In this document: positions 57,370 through 64,000 of the stretch, in pieces
Layout: every line of letters begins with the position of its first letter
Position numbering within the stretch: position 1 is the stretch's first letter
Assembly: GCA_963674735.2 (NCBI GenBank)
Contig: CAXXQS010000002.1
Location: forward strand, 1,760,001-1,824,000
Reading direction: 5' to 3'
Length of the DNA stretch: 64,000 bases
Origin: Myxococcota bacterium
GTDB lineage: Bacteria > Myxococcota_A > SURF-8
Notes under the pieces: generated by a model
The model's input: only the letters and a program-made list of their open reading frames with translations
Databases searched by the model: none
What the model was told of the DNA's origin: nothing
Position numbers and translations under genes: made by a program

Positions 57370-59948
57370 GGAGTGGCTTCCTTGTTTTCAACGGTGGCTT
57401 GAGATTCGGTCAAGGTTTGAATTTTCCGTTTCAGATCGGGGTGGCGGTCGCCGAGATTCCAGGCGCGTTGGTAATGCATCAGGGCCTGCTTGACGTTTTC
57501 CTGCGCTTCGAAAGTGGCGGCGATACGTCGGTGGATGCCGCTGTTTTGCGGCTCGTAAACGAGGGCCTGTTCATACTCGCGCCGGGCGTCGGTGAAGCGG
57601 CCGCGTGCTTCGTCGATTTCGGCCGACAGGATAAAGGCGTTGGTGCGGTTCGAGGGGTGTTTCCAGGCCACCCCGTAAATGCGTAAGGACAGATCCTCGG
57701 CTTCGTCCAGGCGCCCCAGTCGGATCAGGGCGCGCGCCTCATAGAACCATGCGCCCAGATTGATGGGTTTGTAACGTTCGGCGCGCTTATACCAGATCAG
57801 GGCTTGCTCGTATTCGGCACGCCGGAAAAAGATTTCCGCCCGTAATTGGTAGCCTTCGTGCTGCTTGGGGAAATGACGGATGAGCCGATCGGCCACCTGT
57901 TCGGCGCGTTGCAACTCCCCGTTGTCGAGATCGATCTTGCCGATCAGGAATTCGATTTCCCGGTCGTTGCCGTCTTTGTCGGTGTGGTCGGCCAACAGGC
58001 GGCGCGCCGGGGCGTAGGCGTTGTGTTGCACCAGGAAACGCGCCAGTTCCACGCAGCGTTCCCGATTGTCGGTGACGGTTTGAATCAGCTCCTCCGGCCG
58101 CAGGCCGACCCGCAGCATGTCGCTCCACAAGTCGGCGAGCGGGATGTGGGCCTCGGTTTTTTGCAGGGCTGTCCGATACGCGTTCGTTGCGCTATCGCGG
58201 TTATCCATCTGGGCCAGCGCGCGGCCGAGATAGCGATCGACCAGCGGATCGCTGGGATTCAATTCACCGGCCTTGCGCAGGTGTTGCAATTTCAACGGCA
58301 ACGCGCTGTACGAGCCGGACGGGTAGCGTTGCGAGGCCAGTAGATGCAGGTAGAAATCGGCCGGGTGACGCTTCAAGGTGGCTTGCAGGCGCTCATCGAA
58401 GGCTGCCTGCGGTGTGGTGGCATCATAGACTGCGGCATGCAGGCGCGCCTGATCGCGGGGCAGGCGATAGCGAATCCAGGTCGCTTCGCCGACCAGCGCC
58501 GTGACGACCGCCACCAGTGTAAACACGATCAAAAGCCCGGTCGGCAACGCGCGCGCCTTAAACCAGCGGCTGGGTTCGCGTTCCGTAATCCGCAGCGTCA
58601 GCATGCCCAGCATGGCCATGAAGGGGACGGCGATGGCGAAGGTGCTCAGATTGAAATCGACGTAATTGTGAATGGCGATGACGAACAGAGCGCAGACCGT
58701 AGCCATTTCGATGCGCTTCAAATGCCGCCGTCGCAGAATCAGGATGAACGCCAGGGCGATCGACAGCACAACCAGTCCGCCCACCACCAGCCCCGATTCG
58801 GCCAGGGTTTGCAAAACGATGTTTTCGGGGTAGACGAACAGGCGGTCGTGGCGGGTGGTTTTGTAGATGGGGTAGGCGACTTTGAAGCTTTCCGCCCCGA
58901 TGCCGGTCAGCGCGTAGCGGTGCGCCAGGTCGGCCGTGTCTTCCCAGAGAGTGGGTTTGGCCGATACCGCCGACCCGGCTTCGTCTTCGAGCACGGCGAA
59001 TTCATGAGTGATTTCGTGCAGCGCCAGCCAGGCCGACAAAAGCAGAACGGCCAAAACCGCCGCCTGCACCCAGACGATCTTGCGGCGGTCGGTTTTGCGT
59101 CGCCACATCAAAATCGCCAATAACGCCTGTCCGGCGATGAAAGCGATGATACCCCCGCGTGAAAGCGACAGAAACACGCCCACCGACGTGATGATGGCCA
59201 GCACCAGAAAAACCAGCCGCTGCTGGCGGTTGACGGATTTGAGGGCGAAGCCGATTTGCAGCGGGACGCACATGCCCAGAAAACCGGCCAGATTGTTGGG
59301 ATTGACGAAGCTGGCGAAGAAGAAGGGCGGCTCCTGGGCGAAGGGAATCAGTCCGAATACTTTATCGAGTCCCAGCGACTTCTGAACGAAGCCGATCATG
59401 GCCAGTAAAAAACCCATCACGGCCAGCGTTTTCAAGAAGCGCATCATGCGTTCGTCGTGGGCCAGGAGGTTACCGCCCAGCAGATACACCATCAGCAGGG
59501 TGAAAAAGCCCGAAACCCCCAGCCAGGTTTCGACCGGATCGAGCGAGAGCGGCCGCCATTGCCCTTGGCCGTAAAGACCGAGGGATTCCAGCGAGATGCG
59601 GAAGATGCGATCGGCTTCGGGCGACAGCGAGGCCAGCAGGCTTTGCGGCAGCGGCATAAGCTGAAAGAGCGTGAACAGCGCCCCGCCGAGTAAGACGATG
59701 AACAGCCCGGTGGTTTTCAAGCGCACGTCCGCAAACAGGAGTTGGACCACGTAGGCGGTGAACAGTCCCGTGATGACGAGACGGGCCGCGAACATGGGCC
59801 AGGGCCGAGTGGTGGTGGTGCCGAGCATCAGTGGCAGCAGGACGACCAGAGCCAATAGGCCGATTTCGACGATGTGCTCGATGCGGCCCGGCTGTACCAA
59901 GTCGCGTGTGCGGCGGTTGCGGCGTTTGGTCACTTTTTTGAGCGGCAT
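57366..59948 (-). CDS. O-antigen ligase/Wzy_C-like membrane protein with C-terminal TPR repeats
   Basis: FVNPNNLAGFL, LSLSRGG, GIGAESF, PENIVLQTLAESG, HNYVDFNL; TPR tail. Confidence 0.82.
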   Translation of the reverse strand: MPLKKVTKRRNRRTRDLVQPGRIEHIVEIGLLALVVLLPLMLGTTTTRPWPMFAARLVITGLFTAYVVQLLFADVRLKTTGLFIVLLGGALFTLFQLMPLPQSLLASLSPEADRIFRISLESLGLYGQGQWRPLSLDPVETWLGVSGFFTLLMVYLLGGNLLAHDERMMRFLKTLAVMGFLLAMIGFVQKSLGLDKVFGLIPFAQEPPFFFASFVNPNNLAGFLGMCVPLQIGFALKSVNRQQRLVFLVLAIITSVGVFLSLSRGGIIAFIAGQALLAILMWRRKTDRRKIVWVQAAVLAVLLLSAWLALHEITHEFAVLEDEAGSAVSAKPTLWEDTADLAHRYALTGIGAESFKVAYPIYKTTRHDRLFVYPENIVLQTLAESGLVVGGLVVLSIALAFILILRRRHLKRIEMATVCALFVIAIHNYVDFNLSTFAIAVPFMAMLGMLTLRITEREPSRWFKARALPTGLLIVFTLVAVVTALVGEATWIRYRLPRDQARLHAAVYDATTPQAAFDERLQATLKRHPADFYLHLLASQRYPSGSYSALPLKLQHLRKAGELNPSDPLVDRYLGRALAQMDNRDSATNAYRTALQKTEAHIPLADLWSDMLRVGLRPEELIQTVTDNRERCVELARFLVQHNAYAPARRLLADHTDKDGNDREIEFLIGKIDLDNGELQRAEQVADRLIRHFPKQHEGYQLRAEIFFRRAEYEQALIWYKRAERYKPINLGAWFYEARALIRLGRLDEAEDLSLRIYGVAWKHPSNRTNAFILSAEIDEARGRFTDARREYEQALVYEPQNSGIHRRIAATFEAQENVKQALMHYQRAWNLGDRHPDLKRKIQTLTESQATVENKEATP

Positions 59949-59968
59949 AAGGCTGCCTTGGCTCGGGT

Positions 59969-60961
59969 TTAGCGAACGGGCCAACGCCCGTCGGCGATCA
60001 GTTCGGCAACGCGCGGCGCGTGATAGGTGAGGATCAGATCCGCCCCGGCACGCTTGATGGCCGTCAACGATTCGGTGATGCTGCGGTCGCGGTCCAGCCA
60101 GCCACGGGCGGCGGCGGCCTCGATCATGGCGTATTCACCGCTGACGGCGTAAGCCGCCACCGGCACGCGCGTGGCATCCTTCACGCGCCGGATGACGTCC
60201 AGGTAGGCCAAGGCGGGCTTGACCATCACGATATCGGCTCCTTCTTCCACATCCTGGGCCACCTCGCGCAGGGCTTCGTCGGCGTTGGCCGGGTCCATCT
60301 GATGCGAGCGGCGGTCGCCGAAGGCCGGAGCCGAGTCGACGGCGTTGCGGAAGGGTCCGTAAAAGGCGGAGGCGTATTTGGCGGCATAGGACATGATGGG
60401 CAGCATGTCGAAGCCTTCCTCGTCCAGGGCGGAACGAATGGCCGCCACGCGACCGTCCATCATGTCGGAGGGGGCGATCAGGTCTGCGCCCGCCCGCGCA
60501 AAGGAGACGGCCGAACGCGCCAGCAGCGGCAGGGTGGCGTCGTTGTCGATGGCTTCGCCGTTGAGCAGGCCGCAGTGGCCGTGGGAAGTGTATTCGCACA
60601 GGCAGACGTCCGCCGCCAGCAGAAGCGGCAGCCCGGCCGCTTTGAGTTTGCGCAGCGCCTGTTGCACGATACCCTCGTCGTCGTAGGCCCCCGAGCCGCG
60701 CGGGTCTTTTGCGGCGGGAATGCCGAAGAGAATGAGGGACTTGAGGCCGCGCTCCACCAGCCGTTCGGCTTCGGGGATCAAGCGGTCGAGGGAAAGTTGG
60801 TACTGGCCCGGCATGGAGGAGATTTCGCGCTTGATGTTGGCGCCGTGATGCACGAACATCGGATACATCAGATCGTTGAGCGTGACGGTGGTCTCGCACA
60901 TCAGATCGCGCATGAGTGCCTGCTCGCGCAGACGTCGGAAACGTTGAGTCGGAAACGGCAT
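59969..60961 (-). CDS. hemB: Porphobilinogen synthase (ALA dehydratase)
   Basis: DVCLCEYTSHGHCG, APSDMMDGR, EGADIVMVKPA, SGEYAM. Confidence 0.97.
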   Translation of the reverse strand: MPFPTQRFRRLREQALMRDLMCETTVTLNDLMYPMFVHHGANIKREISSMPGQYQLSLDRLIPEAERLVERGLKSLILFGIPAAKDPRGSGAYDDEGIVQQALRKLKAAGLPLLLAADVCLCEYTSHGHCGLLNGEAIDNDATLPLLARSAVSFARAGADLIAPSDMMDGRVAAIRSALDEEGFDMLPIMSYAAKYASAFYGPFRNAVDSAPAFGDRRSHQMDPANADEALREVAQDVEEGADIVMVKPALAYLDVIRRVKDATRVPVAAYAVSGEYAMIEAAAARGWLDRDRSITESLTAIKRAGADLILTYHAPRVAELIADGRWPVR

Positions 60962-60995
60962 ATTTGCGTCCTTTTCGGGGTGGTCCCGCTCCCCT

Positions 60996-61691
60996 CTATT
61001 CTTTGTAAAGATAGCCCCGACCGCGCACGGTAATGATATGTTGCGGGTTGTCGGGGTTGCGCTCAAACAATTTTCGCAGACGGACGATGAAGTTGTCAAC
61101 CGTTCGTTCGGTGGGCGACGCCTCCATGCCCCATACTTCTTCTAGAATGTCGGCGCGGGTGAGGATCCGGCCGGGGTTACGCACGAACAATTCGAGCAAC
61201 AGCGCCTCTTTTTCCGACAGCCGCGTCGATCCCTCGCTGTTTAGGCTTTCGCGGGTTTCGAAGTTGACCGTAAAGGTTCCGATTCTGGCATGACGATTGG
61301 AGGGCAATTCGCGCGAGCCTTGACTGCGACGGATAAGCGCCCGCACGCGAGCTAAAAGCTCTTTCATATCGAAGGGTTTGGTGAGGTAGTCGTCGGCTCC
61401 GGCATCCAGCCCGGTCACTTTGTCGAAGACGTCGGCGCGGGCGGTGAGCATCAGAATCGGAGTGCCGATATCCTGGCTGCGCAGGCTTGCGGCCACCGCG
61501 AAGCCGTCCATGCCCGGCAGCATCACATCCAGCACGACCAGGTCGAAAGGGTCGCCGGACAGATTGTCGGCCACTGCGTCGCCACGTGTCAGCCACGTGA
61601 CGGCATAGCCTTCGTGGCGCAGGTTGAGCTGCACCATTTCGCCGATCAGGGTGTCGTCTTCCACCAAAAGGATGCGGGGTTCCATACTCAT
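60996..61691 (-). CDS. OmpR-family response regulator
   Basis: ILLVEDD, LDVMLPG, GADDYLTKPF, winged helix RTVDNFIVRLRK...TVRGRGY. Confidence 0.94.
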   Translation of the reverse strand: MSMEPRILLVEDDTLIGEMVQLNLRHEGYAVTWLTRGDAVADNLSGDPFDLVVLDVMLPGMDGFAVAASLRSQDIGTPILMLTARADVFDKVTGLDAGADDYLTKPFDMKELLARVRALIRRSQGSRELPSNRHARIGTFTVNFETRESLNSEGSTRLSEKEALLLELFVRNPGRILTRADILEEVWGMEASPTERTVDNFIVRLRKLFERNPDNPQHIITVRGRGYLYKE

Positions 61692-61693
61692 TG

Positions 61694-62842
61694 TCAGTCC
61701 CGGTTGAACGTGATGGTAAAGCGGCTGCCGCGTCCCGGTCCGTCGCTGGCGGCGGTCAGGCGCGCTCCCATGGAGCGCAGCAGCTCAGGGACGATGAAAA
61801 GCCCGAGGCCGTAGCCGCGCGCATCGCCGATGGTTTCACCGTTGCCGCGCCGAAATTTCTCGAACAAAGCGGCCTTGTCCGACTCATTAAACCCGATTCC
61901 CCGGTCGCTGACCTCGATCGATACCGTATCCGCCGCGATCGTGACGGCGACCGCCACTTCGGGATCGGCGGGCGAGTATTTGAAGGCGTTGTCGAGCAGG
62001 TTGTGCATCACCTGGCGCATCAAATCGGGGTCGGCTTGCACCGTGGCTTCATCGCCGCCGCTACTTGTGAAACTGGACTGCTGCGTGGGAAAGATCTGGT
62101 TGCGGCGCTCGACGAACTCGCGCGTTTCCGCCACCAGCTTTATCTCGCGCAGGTGTGCCGAAAAAACGTCGCGTCCGAGGCGGTTGGCCATCAGCACGTT
62201 TTCCAAAAGGCGCTGCAGGCGCGCGGTTTCGGTGAGTCCCAAGCGGGCATAGCGCGGGATATCCGCTTCGCCGACCGTGTGCGCCGCCAGGGTTTCCAGA
62301 AGCGCCCGGACTCCCGCCAGCGGGGTCTTCAGCTCGTGGGAGACGGCCTGGAAAAAAGTTTCCATCTCTCGCCGGTTGCGTTGTTCGGTGGCCAGCAACC
62401 GGTGGAAGATGAGAATGCAGACGCCGATCAACAAAAGCAGTAGAACACCCTCGCCGAAGATCATCAAGCGTCGCCGTTGGTGTTTCCGGCGAAGTTCGTC
62501 GAGTGCGGGGGCCTGGGTGCGCAGGGCCAAGGCGGGCCACTTGGGGGTGAGCACATAACTGTAAAGGCCTTCGGCCGTTTCGGCGGCGGGTACGATTTCG
62601 AAAGGACCGTCGAAGGCTTTCTGTTCGCGCGGATCGAGGTCGCGGTGCCCCAGTTCCACCGCCTGCAGTCGCGCTTTGGCGGCCAGTTCGGACAGGCGCA
62701 CCCGGTGCAGCGTCTGCACTTCCGACCAATGCAGGATGAACCACCACGAGCCCAGCGCCACAAGCAGCAGCAGCGAAACGCCGAAGAGCAGGTTGGGACC
62801 GCTCAGCAGGCGGCGCGGGTCGATGGGGGTGTGGTGTCGCAC
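61694..62842 (-). CDS. Membrane sensor histidine kinase
   Basis: Two TM; SHELKTPL, NLLDNAFKYS, DRGIG, GLGL boxes. Confidence 0.93.
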   Translation of the reverse strand: MRHHTPIDPRRLLSGPNLLFGVSLLLLVALGSWWFILHWSEVQTLHRVRLSELAAKARLQAVELGHRDLDPREQKAFDGPFEIVPAAETAEGLYSYVLTPKWPALALRTQAPALDELRRKHQRRRLMIFGEGVLLLLLIGVCILIFHRLLATEQRNRREMETFFQAVSHELKTPLAGVRALLETLAAHTVGEADIPRYARLGLTETARLQRLLENVLMANRLGRDVFSAHLREIKLVAETREFVERRNQIFPTQQSSFTSSGGDEATVQADPDLMRQVMHNLLDNAFKYSPADPEVAVAVTIAADTVSIEVSDRGIGFNESDKAALFEKFRRGNGETIGDARGYGLGLFIVPELLRSMGARLTAASDGPGRGSRFTITFNRD

Positions 62843-62856
62843 AAAGACTCCCGTCT

Positions 62857-64000
62857 TTAGTTTGCGGCCAAGGTTTCACGCCAGGCGGCGGCCAGTCCGC
62901 GAAGCTGTTCGGGGGTGTGCGCGGCCGACAGAAACGCGACCTCCCAGGCCGACGGCGCGAGGTAATAACCCCGATTGAGCATGGCGCGATGGGCGATATT
63001 ATAGCGCGAAATGGCCGTTTTCGCCACCCGGTCGGAGCGGCGCGGCATCTCGCCCTCGGCCAGATGCAGCCAGGCGATGGACCCGACCCGGCGGCTGTTG
63101 AAAAACGGAATTTCCGCTTTTACGGCCGCGCAGGCCTCATCGAGTACGCCACCCAGCCGTTCCAGGTCTTCGTAGATGCGGCCGTCCTGCAAAATGCGCA
63201 GGGTCGCGGCTCCGGCCGCCATGGCGACGGGATTGCCCGAGAGCGTGCCTGCTTGATACACTGCTCCGTTGGGGGCCAGCTTTTCCATCAATTCCGCCGA
63301 CCCGACCACCGCGCCGACCGGCATGCCGCCGCCGACGATTTTGCCCAGCGTCACCAGATCGGGCCGGATGTTCACGGCGTGCATGTAGCCGCCGAAGCGC
63401 AGACGCAGCCCGCTGATGACTTCGTCGAAGATGAGCAAGGCGTTGTTTTTGATGGTGATTTCGCGTAAAAATTGCAGGTATTCGGGGCGTTGTTCGAGCA
63501 GGCCCGAGTTGGCGGGCAGGGGTTCGAGAATCACGGCGGCGATCTGTCCGGCGTTTTCGGCGAACAGACGCTCCACGGCGGCTTCGTCGTCCAGCGGCGC
63601 AACCAGCGTTTGTGCCGCGATGGCTTCGGGGACGCCCGCGCTGGAGGCGATGCCTTGGGTGATCAGGCCGCTGCCCGCCTCAACCAGCAGGTGATCGGCG
63701 TGGCCGTGGTAACAGCCCTCGAACTTGATGATTTTGGGGCGGTCGGTGGCTCCGCGCGCCAGGCGAATGGCGGTCATCACCGCCTCGGTGCCCGAGCTGA
63801 CGAAACGCACCCGCTCGAATTCGGGAAAGGCGGCGAGTACAAGCTCCGCCAGTTCGATTTCGCGGACCGAACAGGCGCCGAAACTCAAGCCTTCTTCCAT
63901 CGCTTCGCGTGCGGCGGTCAGAACGGTCGGGTGGGCGTGGCCCAGAATCAGCGGTCCCCACGACTGGCAGAAGTCCACCAACTCGTTGCCGTCCGCATCG
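62857..64000 (-). CDS. hemL: Glutamate-1-semialdehyde 2,1-aminomutase (5'-truncated by window edge)
   Basis: SWGPLILGH, FVSSGTEA, KFEGCYHGH, FDEVISG, LGKIVGGGMPVG, YQAGTLSGNP. Confidence 0.95.
   Translation of the reverse strand, partial: DADGNELVDFCQSWGPLILGHAHPTVLTAAREAMEEGLSFGACSVREIELAELVLAAFPEFERVRFVSSGTEAVMTAIRLARGATDRPKIIKFEGCYHGHADHLLVEAGSGLITQGIASSAGVPEAIAAQTLVAPLDDEAAVERLFAENAGQIAAVILEPLPANSGLLEQRPEYLQFLREITIKNNALLIFDEVISGLRLRFGGYMHAVNIRPDLVTLGKIVGGGMPVGAVVGSAELMEKLAPNGAVYQAGTLSGNPVAMAAGAATLRILQDGRIYEDLERLGGVLDEACAAVKAEIPFFNSRRVGSIAWLHLAEGEMPRRSDRVAKTAISRYNIAHRAMLNRGYYLAPSAWEVAFLSAAHTPEQLRGLAAAWRETLAAN

Overview
A GC-rich bacterial chromosomal window that looks like a deltaproteobacterial or Myxococcota-related lineage (MYXO-CTERM-like sorting tail, DGD-repeat lipoproteins, many PilZ domains, split nuo operon). 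Most of it is housekeeping or signalling: M3 and M16 peptidases, rnd, rnhA, nuoEFG-JKLMN, xerD, a TolC-family protein, flagellin, hemB/hemL and a two-component system. The most unusual region is 1990-6570. It holds two tandem ~2.27-kb cassettes, each with its own sigma70 promoter, a lipoprotein trypsin-fold protease whose signal peptide is joined to the body through an out-of-frame poly-C tract (9 and 12 C), and a Kazal/pacifastin-like Cys-rich inhibitor lipoprotein. The cassettes are bounded by three copies of the last 14 codons of the upstream J-domain/TPR gene. Only the catalytic domain and the adjacent inhibitor N-terminus differ between copies, which resembles a polymorphic effector-immunity array. 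Other notable items: a probable selenoprotein (in-frame TGA in a DUF1573-like S-U-G-C motif), a MurI-MurD fusion, three copies of a ~183-bp MITE with target duplications and an internal REP-like doublet, a candidate ECF-sigma sRNA, a dif-like site near xerD, and two hydrolase homologues lacking their catalytic serine. All calls come from reading motifs by eye; no searches were run.
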